This document shows positions 12,501 through 26,767 of a DNA stretch of 64,000 nt, piece by piece. Numbering within the stretch: the stretch's first letter is position 1; each line of letters opens with the position of its first letter. Position numbers and translations under genes: made by a program. Source of the DNA: Hyphochytrium catenoides. Lineage: Eukaryota > Protista > Hyphochytriomycota. The notes under the pieces are model-generated. The model was not told the DNA's origin, searched no databases, and saw only the letters and a program-made list of their open reading frames with translations. The stretch is taken from assembly GCA_900088475.1 (NCBI GenBank), contig FLMG01002136.1:11184-75183 (forward strand), written 5' to 3'.

Positions 12501-15500
12501 CTGGAACCTAAAAGCCTTCTTCTACGATGTTGCCAGTTCCGTACAGGGTAGGGTCTTCCGTTAGGCAAGCGTTTGCTAGCATTGTGAGAGCTATGTCCGC
12601 GGATAACTCTACGTTGGACCCGACCGCGGATATTCCTGCGGGAAAGAAGCAACTTCGCCGCTACATCCTCTCTCACCAGGTAATAAAAACGTACAAACTA
12701 AGTGAGTCCTCGGGAACCGCAAGAGCTGTTCAGAATTATGACAAGGAGTACCCGAGGGAAGGTTATATCCGATCACGACAGCCAACTGGACATGGGGTGC
12801 CTTAGACAAGATGATAGAGAGGTGTTGGAGAGGAAGGCAATACAGGTTTCACTGCTGGTTAGGGAGAAGAGTACGAGGAAAAGCCAGAACTTTTTATCCT
12901 TGACGTGCAAAGGCTAATCAGTCAACCAGTACTTTGGCGATAAGTCACTTTTACAGAGATAATGATGGCTAACCGTCCTGCCAGATTCTCCGCTTCATAG
13001 GTGAACAGAGAGTTGACGCTTTAGGAGAAGAAGGGACTCGGGCTTTGGTTAACCAGCTCTTGAACGAATATGAAAGGTTACCACCAAGGTGCTTGTCCTT
13101 TTATTAAAGCAATGAACTAAAACCTCTGCTGTCTTTACTTGCCCGCTTTCTGAAGAACCCTACCTCTCAATGCAGAGGTCATTGGCGGACAACGGGAGGT
13201 AGGGATAAGGGCTCTTCGCGTTCGCATCATGTCTTTTGTTCCACCAAATTGACTCCTTTATTCACCCTCTGTTAGGTCCAGGCGGGAGACGATCTTATCC
13301 TACTAATAGCCCATAGCCTCCGGGACCTATACAACCACCGGGCAGAAAGTAAGAAGTTTAGCTCTCATGCCTGAATGACGAATCCCAGCCTTTATGGCAC
13401 TTTCTCCGGTCTTCCATCTCTGGTGTTCTTGTTTCGTTCTCTCTTTAACATTTGTCTACCTGCACGCCATAATCTCGCCATGCATCTTAAAGGGGCTCTG
13501 TGTCACTCTTTTGTCTACCTACCACAAATCTTCATCTTACACTGCTTAATCATGGCAACTTGCCGGCGCCCCAACTCTACCTCATAGACAATACTGGAAG
13601 CTTATTTGGTCGACGGCAACTTCTTCTAGAAGCAGTATTTGCCCTCGAGTTTGCTCTGGAGCGGAGCCCATTTAACTTCCAGATGAAGCTGCTCCTTATT
13701 GACGTAATACTGATGAAGCGTCCTGAGAATTTTTACTAGTCATGTGCTTAACTACGATATCGAGTGGCACCTGTTCAATCTTCATAGAGGCTCACCCGCG
13801 GTGGCCCACATTCTACTCGTTGAAAGCTGGCTCGGCATAGAGCTTCTCAAGTCACCCTTTACGTCTATTTTCTTCTGTGCTACTTTCGAATGGCAAGGAT
13901 TGGAGGTTAGCCCTTATGTGGAAGGACTCACTCTTTCTCTTTGGTTTGCCTATACCTCCAGCTGTACTGCCTTCTGGGGTCATTTCCCCGCGCGTCTGCG
14001 AAGTACGCTGAGTTGGAGATCAAACAGATCCAATTGGACTCCCTATCTTACATAGTATTCGACCAAGCTATCAGACTTGGACATTTTGTGGAGGCTAACC
14101 AGGTGCGTGAGACCTAGGTCGTATCTTAGCTAACTTGCTTGCTCTTGCGCCATTAGTTGTCTTTATCAAGTGAGCCGGCAGCTCTCTGTTCATCGTTCTT
14201 TGACAGTACTCTGCTGTTCTCTTCCATGTCTACTATGCTGGCGTCTTTTATGCTTCAGCTCTGTTTAGACATCCGGCACATGCACAATGGCAACAGCAGA
14301 GACGTCGGAGACTTTATAAGCCTAGCTTTCCGGTGTGGAACTTTATCCAAGGCCAAAGAGGTACCGAGAAGGGATTATTTTAGACCTGATGTTCTATGAG
14401 AGGGGCGTGTGGATGTGGCGGAAGATGTGTCGACACCTGCCGGACGTGGTATTCAGGGTATTGAATATTCTGTCAGGAGAACCATTACCTCTTGGCGTTA
14501 CATCATAGGGTTTTGGGTGATCTTTCCTCACTCTTCGACAATTGGTGCTTTAGCAGTGTTTGGGTGGCCCCTGAGCTGCCTTAAGGCGCATCCTTCGCTA
14601 ATTTCCGCGCTCAAGTTATTAATTGGTTGCCTCTCCAAAGTTTTTCCCAACTCATCGGTGGTCCCTGGTAGGTGGTGGAATTCACTCAAAAGCGCATGGA
14701 GCTATCATTGCAGCTCGCAATAGCTCGTGGGGAGTTGGTCCAATTGGCACTGCTGGATAGAGGGAGTAGGGGAATTGATGAGGTGCATCGCTACCTCACA
14801 GGGATCTTTTTGACAGGTACCCTTCTGTCATTTTCATTAATATCGCTCTTTATAATTCTTTCGGGCTACTGACAAGGAGGAGTTGGGTCGCTCGGAATGT
14901 TCTCTTTGCTAGTTCGTACTTATGTAAATGTCCGGGTCACTGATAGTTGTGCCTCGGTTACCCACGTTACTCATCCTTATGTTTAACTGAACAGATCTAA
15001 TAGTCCCATGCTAATGCACAACCTTGTCCCTTGTTGATAGGAGAATCGTCGGATCTTCTCTTGTATACTGAGGACACCCTAGCTCGCCTGTCTGCCAACT
15101 ATGACCGCAACGTGAGAGTGTCCTGGTCCTATCCCTTTTCTTCCTCAGACCCTACCGGCTTCCTTTGTATGAAGGATGGGGGACCAATAGTAAGTTCAAC
15201 CCTATGGAATTGCCAAGGCCTTCCCCCGGCTTTCATCTGACGCTTCACTGACTCCAACCCACACCACTGAATCTTACCCTTTTTCCTCTTCTTGCGCCGA
15301 ACTAAACAGGTCAATCATGACCGCACAGTGGACCGAGAGATGGCCCTCAACTGGATCAGGCTGCGGGTAAATGTTCCCCAACTGTTGCTTTGGGTACTGG
15401 AGAAGAATACCGTAAGATCACCCTGTTTCGACCTCCTGATTTCTTGCTCACACATCATTCTTCTAACTTCCAATTCATGATTGTCCTATCCTTCTGTAGC

Positions 15501-17192
15501 GCCAAGTATCGTCTCGCCTGGCACAATTGGAAGACGAACTGACACGACTGGGTCTATTGGATAGAGGTAGCGCTGAGCATGAAGAAGGGCTGATTCGAAG
15601 CCAATGCTGGGAGATTGGGCTGCACGCTTTCAAGGCAGCTGAACAGGCGTTGCATGTGAGGGGCCTTCTCGTCAAATAACTGTTGCCTCGGTACTTATAG
15701 CCGTCATGATATCCTTTACTGTCCCTTGAGTGGGAAATCTCCATCCTTGTTTTCATTCCGCTCCAAAACTGTCGGCTGTCCTTACCTGCGAAGTTCAGGG
15801 TGCTTCGGCCTCCTTCTAAAACTACGTCATTGCTACTGCAGGCCGCAGAAGGCTCCAAGGAACAATGGCCCAACTTTTCAGCATCTCTGGTATGGAGAAT
15901 TTGTCACGCGGTCTCGATTACGCCTCTCATACGGGGTCAAGACTAATCCTATACCTAACCGCAACCTACCTTCCTGGCCTCTTCTTGATAACGTTGTCCC
16001 AGGCTTCTATTGGAAGGGGAATGGATAGTTTAAGAACATATATCACTTCTAGTCTTCACTTTGAGGCTACAATGTCAGAAGAAGTAAGTGCGCACCTCGA
16101 GATGAACATCTTTGTAGCTTAGAGAACACCATTCAATACCGAGATTATTTCGTTCTTTCCGCAACGAGGACCTCTTCCTCGCACGAAGACACCTGTTTCT
16201 CTCTTATTCTGGGCCTCGGTTCTACAACTCTGAGCGCTNNNNNNNNNNNNNNNNNNNNNNNNNNNNNNNNNNNNNNNNNNNNNNNTCACCTTTTACGTTG
16301 GAGCTCCTTAGCTGTTTCCTTTATCAGCCGGGACAGTGGCTGGTTCTGTGCCTGTCGGCTATCGCCAAACTTTTCCCAAAACAGAAGAGAAAAGAGAAAA
16401 AGAAAGGTGCCCTGCCGAACGAAGATCCTATTCTGGTACGTCGCAGCTAGACCTCAGCACACAGTTCTGTTCTACGTTTGTGGCAGATTAGAAACCTCTG
16501 TACTTGCACTCTTAGTAGTCTCCCGAGCTGCTCGCATAAGTTCACTCATGCAATCTCTTTGTACCCTGTTGTTCCGTCTTGGGTGCCTCAACATGGGTCC
16601 GCTGGGCCCTTGTCGAACTCAACGTACAGACGGCTATGGGTGAATTTCGCGACTCAGTAGGGAGGCTCATTCAGTCCCTGTCGGAGGTGCAAAAAACCTT
16701 GGAGAAGGAGACAGAACATGCCAGCAAAATTACGGACACTTTAGGAGGCTATGCTTCGGAAGAAGCCCTATTGGAGAAGTTCGCCAGTGAAGTAAGAAGA
16801 CATCTTTTACTCTTTGATGGTTGTTACTGGCTTTCTTAGAGTTACGTTCGAGGACCATCTGCCTTGTGGCTGAAGCAGCCTGCTTACAGATTGTGTTGGT
16901 ACTGTACTCCTAGGAAGTGGTATTTATCTTCCATTGCTACCATTCGTTGGAAACGAGCTCTACTTCTCCCGCCGTTCATCTCTTAAGCTTATCTCCAAGA
17001 GCTATCACTCTTTCAACCTCCCACTATCGCATACCCTTGCCTGTCCTTAACTCGGTTTTGATGGCACCACAGGAAAGTCGTGGATTCCGGCACACTGTCT
17101 TCGGTCACGTGAGAGAAGGACAGCATACATCCTTGCAGCGGTGTCACAGCCTTTTAACTGACAAGCTGAACCTTCTCAAAGCTTTACGGTAG
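9569..17192 (+). CDS. NAA25: N-terminal acetyltransferase B complex auxiliary subunit (NAA25/Mdm20); many exons, contains an N gap
   Basis: MDEQLSRQVRPIYDAIDSHNYKSAIKLC, LFYAYVREYNFLKAQQTAMKLFK, RGPFLAHIEL, YIQLFGDKQCCFTDI, LEFALERSPFNFQMKLLLI, LEIKQIQLDSLSY; ends KLNLLKALR* at 17192. Confidence 0.9.
16239..16285. other. Assembly gap (run of N)
   Basis: N characters in the sequence. Confidence 0.99.
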
Positions 17193-17523
17193 GAGTAGCT
17201 GCCTCAAGAGTGAGGCAGACATCGTCCAGCACTGACTATGGATATAAGAGCTTAGAGATATAGCATTATACAGTGGACCGATCAGGTCCCGAGGGTCGAG
17301 CATGGTAGGAAGTCGAATCGAAACCGTTATGACTCTATATTTGGCATAATTTATCAGTCTAACCCTATAAAGCCTTTGGGTCTCTACCATCCCCTCGCTT
17401 TGCTTTTCCTACGTTTACTTTCCTGTGCGTATGCCCCTTCTCCTTCCCGACTCACTCAGGTACCCCTAATTTAAAGAACCCTATATTGCAGCTTTAGATG
17501 TGAATAGCTAGAGATATCAAGGT

Positions 17524-20500
17524 TTACAGGTTAACGTTCACCTTGGCCGTCCAGAAAGGAATGCCGTGGCTCTTTGCCTCCTCCGACAACAAATTGCCCG
17601 ACCAGTCGCCTCCATCGGCTTCAACAAGCCAAGGCCTGATGCTAACGTCTAAGTACCCATCATCCCAGGTGTATGCCAAGATTTTCACATCGTTGGCGCC
17701 TGCCTTCAGTGGGGCACAGACGACAAAATCGCGTTGGGGACCGTCCCCATTTCCATAGTATCGCGCCATCAAGATGCCGTTGATCCAGACAAAGGCTGTT
17801 GGAGAGCCACGGAGCCTAAGCCGTAGGGGTAATTCAATCTCGGAAGTTTCTGGAAGAGAAAAAGAGGAGCGGAACCACTGAAGTCCATGGCAGCGGCTAA
17901 CTGGTAGTTCATCAGCAACTGGGTCCAAGAGAGTCCATCCCTGGTTTGAGTCTTCATCAGGGAGCCCGGAGGAGCAGTACGCATTCGGCAGTTGTCTGAC
18001 GTCTACACCGGCCACCCACCACGAAGCGTTGCCTATCTTGGCAATAGAATTTGACCTACAAACATTATAATATAAGTCAGACCCAGGTCAACCAGCTTGA
18101 TGAGCTTTGGCCATTACTACCAGTCCCAGCTATCTCAACACTATACATGTTTCTCGGACTTTAAAGTTGGCCAGGGGCTTGTTTAAAACAGAAGCAGCGA
18201 AAGTAGTCTTTTTGCTTGCCCCCCTTCGTTTTACTCTTTTCTCCCGCTTGAGTATCTCGCACTTGCTTACCTCAGTGAGGCCTTCAGTAGCCCACGAGGA
18301 CTTCGGGCATCATCAAGGATGAAGACTTGGCGATTCAATCCGAAGTTCTCCGCCAATATGAGTATCTGCTGAGCGGCCACTGTAGAAGTAATAGATGTTC
18401 CATACTTAATGTAGGGAGAGATATCATACCTATGAGGGTAGAAGAGGCCAACGATGGATCTGTCAGTAACGTAGAAGGTATGACGGGGGATTGATGCAGT
18501 CAAATCCTCAAAAGTCCATGGAGCCCAAGAGCGAGCACTTACTCTTGTGAGCCCAAGAAGCTTACGTCAGGGCCCATCTTTCCTCCCGGCCTTAATAGTT
18601 GGTGCGAATAGGTCAAGTGACCCCCAACTATCTGACCATTGACGATAACGGTGGCCCGATGTCTCGCATTGATCCTCAGGATAAGTGACTTGGGTTCGAG
18701 TTTCTCCCAAAACTGTGCCTGAGAAGACTGCAGGACCAGATCGCACTTATATATAATATGTCCGGAGGTAAAGCAGAGATCAAGCGCTGTCTCTTTGGGA
18801 GAGAAGTTCATAACTTTTGGAGAAATAGAGAGGGAGGAGGCCAATGGGACAAAGCGATATTCTGACCAATTTGGCTGCCGGACTTCCCACTTACTGAACT
18901 CCGCTCTCATGCTTTCATCTTTCAAATGCAGTACCGGAGGAGATCTTTTCGGCAGATGCTGGTGATGGACAAGAGCGGCAGGAAAGGTGTCCGATGACGC
19001 CATCCAGGTTTCAGGATCGTAATGGACAAGATGAGCTGCTGAAAGAAGAAAGACGTCCCTCTCATCTTCCCTATAATCCACTTGTACACTTTCAGGGCTC
19101 AGCCAGAGAGCGGCGTAAGGACCCCAAGAAAGTGAAAAGTGCTCATCGTCCACGTGTGCCTCAGGACTGGCAACAGCCGACAGTGTATAGAGTTGAGATT
19201 TGTCCAGAGCCAAGATATACAGGTTTCCTGCTGAAGGCGAAGAAATGACAGCCCAACCAGTAGAGCGGGCAAAGGAGACGATAGTGGCTCCAGCTTCTTC
19301 CTTCTTCTCCACTTTAGCCAAGAGGTTCCCTGCCACAGCGATTGCAGGGTCTAGGAAGACCATGCTGCCCAATATCTCATCATCACTCTGAACCACCCAA
19401 AGTTCTCTTTCTCTTTCCATTCCATTGACCTCCTTCACTCGAAGCATGGTCCTTACGTGAATGGGAGTTGATGAGAAGAGAAGCTTCGGTCCTGATACAG
19501 GCTTGTAGTTACCTAAAGCTATAAAAGCTTGTTTATAAGGTAGGTGGGCGGGAATCTCCAGCTCTACACGTTCTGCCTTTCTGTCGTCGCTGGGAAGCTT
19601 TACTCGTAGGGTGAAGTTTGTCTTCCTCTGAACGTTAAAGTTTCTGAGAAAAACGAAGCGGGCTCCTGTCACCGATTGTCTCTGGCGATTGACCACACCT
19701 TCATCATTGCACAGCACATCTTGAGACTGACTGAGATCTGTCCTCGATAAATGCTCTGAGAAGGAGCGGGCGAACAAAGCACCCAGCCGAAGTTTCCGCA
19801 ATCTACCGGAAACAAAGCCGTATTCCCTGAGGCAGGCACTGTAGTCGTAGGAAGTATACACATCCGGATCACCTGAAGAAGGCAAGGATGGGGAAGGGTC
19901 AGCTAGGAGGTAAGAAATCTAAGGCAGGCAAGTTCTTCCATATATCACCGCCTCAACTGGCGCTTGATGGGCCATGGCCTTGGCCTTGGCCTTCATCAAA
20001 ACCGTTTTCTATGTGCTTTCGGCGTTTCTATCTGCATTTGGTCATCCTCTCTTATCACCCAGCCTTGGTGACATCCGTTTGCCGCCCGTTTTACCTAGGG
20101 TGCCCCAGTTAGTCCCTCCAAAGAACATATAATAGTTCATGACAGTGCAGCCTTGCGCGACGACGGTATCAAAGATAGTGCGTGTATAGTTCTCCCCATA
20201 AAATCTGTAGATGTGATCGTATGTGTGCTGCAATTTATAGTGGTTGAACCAACCACCCTGCAATTCCGCGATGAAGATAGGAGTCTGAAGGCGCAAAATG
20301 AAGAAGCGTTATGAGAAGGAAAGGGATCAAGAGAGATGGTATCGTCAGAAGCCAGATTTTAAGGCCCATCAGAACGAAAGCCCTAAGGGCTCTGCTTTAC
20401 CTCTGCGGCGGAGAATCCAAACCCTCGGACAGTCTGCTCCATTCCATCTAAGGACTGCACGACATCCTTCGTGTCCCAATCGCCCCAGTCTTCATATTTC

Positions 20501-22351
20501 AGTTTTTTGGGCTTCTTGAACTGACTGGAGGGGGCAGAGGCAGGCACAAACACAACGTACTTGTCGAATCCAAAGAGATCCAGCCCAAAGACTTTCTTTC
20601 CCCAGACGGTGGCGTCATCTTTCTTAACCAACCACGAACCGCCTTCAAAAGCGTCGTTGGTAAAGAAGGGAACCTAGAAGGAAGATAAGCCCAAGACAAC
20701 CGGTCCGTTATCATCCCAATGCAGAAGGACTATCGAGATATGAGGCAGAGAACATAGCTCTACAGCAATTAGACAAGTTACTGCGGCATCTACCAAGAGA
20801 GATAAGTTGACTGTATTGTGTAGAGGCTGGGATACAGGAGATTGGGTTCGGAAGCAGAATGCACAGGACTGTACAATATTGTAGCGTATAGAATGATGGG
20901 CGGGGTCTAGGGGTCGTACCGTCATCATGAGGTCTCTTGCAGACTTGGCCAATACTCTCATATCATCGTGAATCCCCACTGTCAATGGTCCCAAGCGCTC
21001 AAACATCTCGTTTTCAATCTGCATCCCGATCACGCAACCTGCAGCGGTCAATACAGAGTCCTTAGTGGTTCCAGCACGGAACGGAATACACCCTTGATTA
21101 TCTTTGTCTTCCTCAACATAGGGTCGACCCTTCTGCTGTGTGTTTCCTCCTTCCCTCCAAGCGTACTCATAAATCGTTACTTCATGCTATGAACCTTCAT
21201 GGTGCTCACCATCATTGTTCTCCGTGATCTGGTGTCTTCGCAGGATGGGCAAGAGGTGGCTAAACCACTCTTCACAGTAAAGAGCATACTTGGAGTCAAA
21301 TCGTCTCAAAAAGTGTGTCACTGCATGGCGGATCCGCACGTCTCTCTGGGCAACTACCCAGACTGGGATACCGCCGGCTTGCGTTTCAGCACAGATGTAG
21401 GGGCCTTTTATAGGGAGCAAAGCAAAAGTGAATAAGAAGAGACTAATGAGCGCGCACAAGCAAGGATCATTTCGAGGACGACCGGGCTGACGAAGAGATG
21501 TAACAAGATAACTGCTAGAGGAATGCAAGTCTCCGATAAAATGAACACATTCGCCTGCAGCACCTCACCTGGAGCAGCAAGGACGTAGAGTCCGATCTCC
21601 TCGCATAAAGAGAGGAGGTACTCTACATCGCGGTTGCCATCAAAGTGGTAAACTCCTTGAGCTGTTTCAAGAGGATGTTAGACCAGAGAGATTGGTACTA
21701 ATCATTAAAAGATTTGGCTAGGGAAGATGTGGGAAGAACCGGCGCAGAAAGAAGCTGTGAAAGTAGATTTATGGAACACAAGTAGTTCCTATGTTCGCGT
21801 AAGGAATGAAAAAGAGAACAGCACAAGGCTAGAAGAATAGGAAAGATAACGGCACAGAGTTGTCTCAAAAGCAAAGCCGGTGGAGACTTGGACCAAAGCA
21901 GGCCAAATGTCACGCAGCAACCGCATTTTTCTCCTCCAAGCAAAGTGCTGCAAAGTATATCGCATTCTGTAGGCGAGAACCCGATGGTCTTACCTGGTGA
22001 ATGAAAGCCCCAGTGGAAATAGATGCGTATGCAGTTAAGTCCGGCCGACGCGTACTTGCGAAGGATAGGCTCCCACTGATCCCTGTCAGGCACCCGCCAA
22101 TAGTGGAACTCTCCGCTAACGATTATCTTGGGCTTGCCATGGATGTAGAGGCAATGCTTGTCCCACTTGATAATATGCCCATACTTCTCCATGTCATAGC
22201 GGCAGGAGGACGTTGTAATGTCGGTTCGGGTACCGAAATGTGGAAGATAGCAGTAGTAATAGTAGAGCCCTGCGAGTGCAGCAGCGCTTAGCAGAAGACC
22301 CAACAAGGCATAGCCGAGCAGCGATAGAAGCTGGAAGACGAGGTCCATCAT
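17524..22351 (-). CDS. Glycoside hydrolase family 35 beta-galactosidase with N-terminal signal anchor and C-terminal jelly-roll domains; multi-exon
   Basis: IVSGEFHYWRVP, GLNCIRIYFHWGFH, GPYICAETQAGGIP, acid/base motif MQIENE, nucleophile motif AELQGGWF, NYYMFFGGTNWG, YTSYDYSA, and C-terminal AFVWINGILMARYYGNGDGPQRDF. The N-terminus is hydrophobic (LLSLLGYALLGLLLSAAALAGLYYYY). Confidence 0.9.
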
Positions 22352-22753
22352 TCTGGTTTCGACTGTGGCCCGATGATGGCGCTCCAGAGGGCCAACGATA
22401 ACCTGAAGTCAGAGTTATCTTCGACAACGTCTTCGCGCGGGCCAGTTACGCGCAGGTAGTCCTGGATGGAGTCTGTAGCCTCTCCCAGGCACCAGGTATT
22501 GGGAAGTGGGCGATCAGAGTTGCGACCATTGTGACGCAGAAGTGGTTGCATGACCATCAACCCCACCGCAGTTGCAGGAAATGCAGGGGGTGGTGGTGCC
22601 TATGACCAGCTCCATGACCAGCAGGTTGGACAGGAGGTTGGACATCAGAAGCAACAGAATATCCTGACCAAAGCGTACCGCTAACGGCCACGCAACAAGA
22701 AGTATACGGACAGGTTCTGCCCTGCCAAAAAAAGAGTAGTGAAGAGCATCACA

Positions 22754-25700
22754 TCACACATCACCCGCTGCTGCCCGGGGCTCTTTCTTGGTTCGTCTCC
22801 TAGTCACAGGCATGGAAGCGGTTGTTCTCTTCTGTGGTTCTTGTGATGTCTTCCCGTCTGACAGAACTTGATTTCTTTGTTGTCTCGTGGGCTCGGAGAC
22901 AGGAAAAGAACCAGACTCGTGTTTGAAGCCCTCTCGCTTTTTTGAACAATGTGCCAATGGGTTCGCTATGTGACTGGTGGCGCCCTACCTCCCGTCTATT
23001 AGTAGTCTCCATCCCTCTTGTTCGTACAACGATCGTTGATAATTGATAACATAGTTCTAGAACTAAATAACAGCCCTTAACTGGTTAGCTCTTCTTTTTG
23101 TCCACCGCGCAGCGTGTTGGCGTGCAGTAGGCCCTGACCTCATGCTTTGTAAAGTCCTCAACTCCGAGCCAAAAGCCTAATACCTTAAACTTCCCGTGTT
23201 CCGATCAAAGTCACAATCATCGTCCTTACTATTGCTGCATCTGGCGACAGATCGGGAAGTTCTTATTTGCATGGCAGAAGTAGGAAACCAAATGTAATTA
23301 TAGAACTTCTTCTTCTATATGTGATTTGTTGGCGAACAGTATTCACCTGCATTTCTAGCGCCGATGGTCTGAGTGAGTAGTCTCTTGCCTTTTGGCAGCT
23401 CCCATGAGAAAGCTGATGGTGCAGGCCGACGATATTTATTCTGAAGAAAAAGACTTGTAGATGTATCTCTAACTGCCCGGTCCTTGACTCGTACTACTTC
23501 TAGCCAAAGAAGTATAAATCATTATCATCTGCTAGGTGTACCTACGCTAAGCTGCCTTGCACGCAAGGCGTGTAATAGATAATGGTGCTGAGATAACTCG
23601 CATGCTCTCAGGACACATGATGAAGCTTTGCAAACCTTGCTCGAGCTTCTACATACTCAGAGTGCTTATCACGCTTCCGATGATGAATTGGGTCTATTTC
23701 TGACACCAGTGCCTGCATGTCCTCAGTATATGCGTATTGCTCAGCCGTGGACGTTTTTCTTGGCTTCTGGGTTCCCGGAAGATCCACGAGAATTCCTAGT
23801 CGAGATGTTAATTCAGAGCAAGGGGCATTTCCATCGCTTGTGCCGACATACCAGTGAGGTGACACTTCTGATGGGGCTTTGGCTTAGGCTTCTTTAGCTG
23901 CTTCTGGTCTTGTGCCTCCTTGTTCGCCTCGTGAAGCAGCCTACATTGTGCATGGCATTATTAGAGTCCTAGAGATCAGTCAACTGCTAGTCCACTCACT
24001 CTTTTATTGTGGTATCGTTGACAAGTATCGAACCTTCGTGCTCTGAACTCATCCTGCTGACTTTTATGTGTGCTAATTAGAATAACTCCACAATTCTTAT
24101 ATCCTGAAGTCACGGCCGGATTTGGTGGCCACAGCAGCAATGGCAATAAAGCTCACAAGAAAGGATGATGTTGGGCTCTGTGAAATGTAGATTAGCCGCA
24201 TAGCCAATGAGGATTCGTCTGCCAGCATAGACGGTGAAGGCAAGAAGGCTGGTGTTTAGTCTGCAGACGGCTCTTTTAGAGCTTGTGGATAGAGCTTTAT
24301 TGCAACTTCTGAAACGCCCATATCAAACAAAAATCAGACTAGTAAAGATCTAATCCTTCAAGGATTCTGTAGTTACTGATTTATAAAGATTCTGTGTATG
24401 TAACGCCCGACTGACTCTCTTTGTAAGGCCTTATTACGAGATCTTTGTACGAGAACTATGGTAGGAATCCTTTCAATGTCTGCGTCTTCAGTCTTCACAT
24501 TATTCCTTTCTGAGTCCACCACCGCCATAGCTGAGGGAAAGTCATTGAGGGACCAAGCTGCCAGAGCTGATAGTCAGTATCTCCCTTGTAGGACATGACT
24601 TGTCACGCCCAATAATTCACATACCTGCAACGAGAGCTCGTCAAGATCAGATTCGATGAGAGGCTTCGTGGTCGTGGACATAGCCTTTGCCAGTGCTGAA
24701 TATGATGAGGCGAGGAGAGACTGCCCTCCATGAGGATCTGTCTGACTCACTTCCTCAAATGCGCGCAATAGGCGTCGATAATCTTCGTTTTCATGCTCCG
24801 TCATACTCTACATGAAAGAGTATGAGTCCAGGTTATAGTGGTTCTTCAATCACGTGGCGTAAACCGGAAAAACGGACGCACCCTTGAGGTTGCAATGTCT
24901 CCCGCTACTACTGCCCTGGCTTGGTTTGCCTCTCGAAATGATGGTAAAATTAGTTCCTACGAAGCAGTGGTACCTTGAATACGAGCAAGTAAAGGATGCA
25001 ATTGCTTGGATAGCCACGCTACCATCTTCTGTTCACCGGCACTGTGTCGAGCCCTTCGATAGAAGTCTAGAGCTTTCTCCGCCCATTCCAATATAGGTCC
25101 AGTAGCTTCATTAGAGTCTGACGTAGGATCTCTGCTGTTGGCTAGTTTGCATCTTGCAAGCCAGATGTCGCCAAGGCCCTTGCAGCATTCTTTCTTGCTG
25201 TGGCTCCTGAGAGCATTGTTCTGGCAAGCAACAACAGCGATCAACACAACTTAGACATCCATGTCATCCATACATGCTATTGCTGAACCTAAAGACCTCA
25301 TAAATCCCTTCCGCAAGTGCCAGAAACTGTCTAGCTTGATCCCGGCTGTTGGCTCTTCGTGACTTGTTGCCTTCTGCATGGATAGAGTCCTCTGTCGTTT
25401 TGGTAAAAGTGGTTGGGGACCCTAAGCAACCACTTGACGGTCTATGGGAAGATTGCTATACCTACCGGAGGCATATATCTGTCCTTGGATTGCTCTGATG
25501 TTCCCTAGATGCAGTATGCTTTCTAGGGTAGGGACGTGTGCGGACAAGCAGTCAAAGGTCGCTAGACCACAGGATATTTTGCATCATCTGGTATACTCAC
25601 CCGCTTCTCTAAGCATCAATTCATAGTTGTTTGAGTTGCGATACCTTGCGTCACCTTTCTTGAGTGCTCTTAATATCTGTATTAAGTTAGGTTGTAAGGT

Positions 25701-26016
25701 GCGCCTTTCGAATCGTCATTCAGCTCTAGATGTATATTCAAGAGACGGACTCACTCTGTAGCGATTTATTGTTGCCTCAAGCTCCTGCGCCACATGCTCA
25801 AGCCTCTTGAGCCTGACCTCCATCAAGTACTCTTTGTTCTTCTCACATGTCACCTTCTCTCCCGGGACATCTGAAAGAGTCGCGTCCTTTGTTAGCGCCC
25901 CACCCCTCGTATCTATTTAGCTTAACTATGAGGTCCTTATCAGCCTACTCACCAGCGATGATCTCCAGACCATGAATAGGCTCATAGCTGACATCTTCGT
26001 TACGTTGTGCCATCAT
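22754..26016 (-). CDS. Hypothetical multi-exon protein (helical, weakly TPR-like segments); boundaries uncertain
   Basis: A chain of GT-AG-bounded open exons: MMAQRNEDVSYEPIHGLEIIA / DVPGEKVTCEKNKEYLMEVRLKRLEH / ILRALKKGDARY / KECCKGLGDIWLARCKL..ALDFYRRA / EDYRRLLRAFEEV / YVEARARFAKL. No family recognised; the 3' end could be at 23608 or 22754. Confidence 0.45.
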
Positions 26017-26767
26017 TCTCAGTGTTTCTTAAACAAGACGACACACGAGATGGTGGGTCGCTCTGACCCATCGACACTTAGTTCTCCTTCTCAGACGAGA
26101 TGCGATGCGGAGACGATATCGAGGTCTGCGTTGAGGACAGATTACTCTTACCCCTCCAAAGGTAAAACGCAGTGTGAAGTGTGCCTTTTCGAGAACTGGT
26201 GATGGCTCAATCTACCAATGTACCGAGAACTAACCTTGTTGTCAATGATTGATAATCATTGATGGTGTGATTATTTTCTGTTCTCGGTTACGAAGACAGC
26301 GTTGTGTAGCAAGAGAGGTGTACTGTTTCCCAGAAAATCAATGTGCTAGTTATCGTGTCAGGTGGAGTGTTGATAAGGACGACCGACGCCAGAATGAAAC
26401 GACATGCCAAGGAAAAGAACTCTGTCGCCACCACGAGACCTGAGTGATGCATCAGAGCTCAAATGCTCCGGTCCCCTTAAAGGCTCGTAGACCTCTTCTC
26501 CTGGGCTGGGCGATGGTCTCATGGCCTTCAAGCCCAACCGCATCTCTACCAGCGCCCAGTTGGTTGACCCTTAACCCCATCAGTCTATTTGACTCAAAAA
26601 AGATAGGCGTGTCTCCGATGGTATCGGAGACTTAAGAGGCCTGGTGGTACCCGGCATGCCATCTACTTTGCTGCATCCTACATGGCTCAAGGGCGAGCTT
26701 TACTGTCGCTGATAGCTATAAAAGTACCTTGGCGTGCAACATTCAGGAAGAGTTGCATGCTGGGAAG

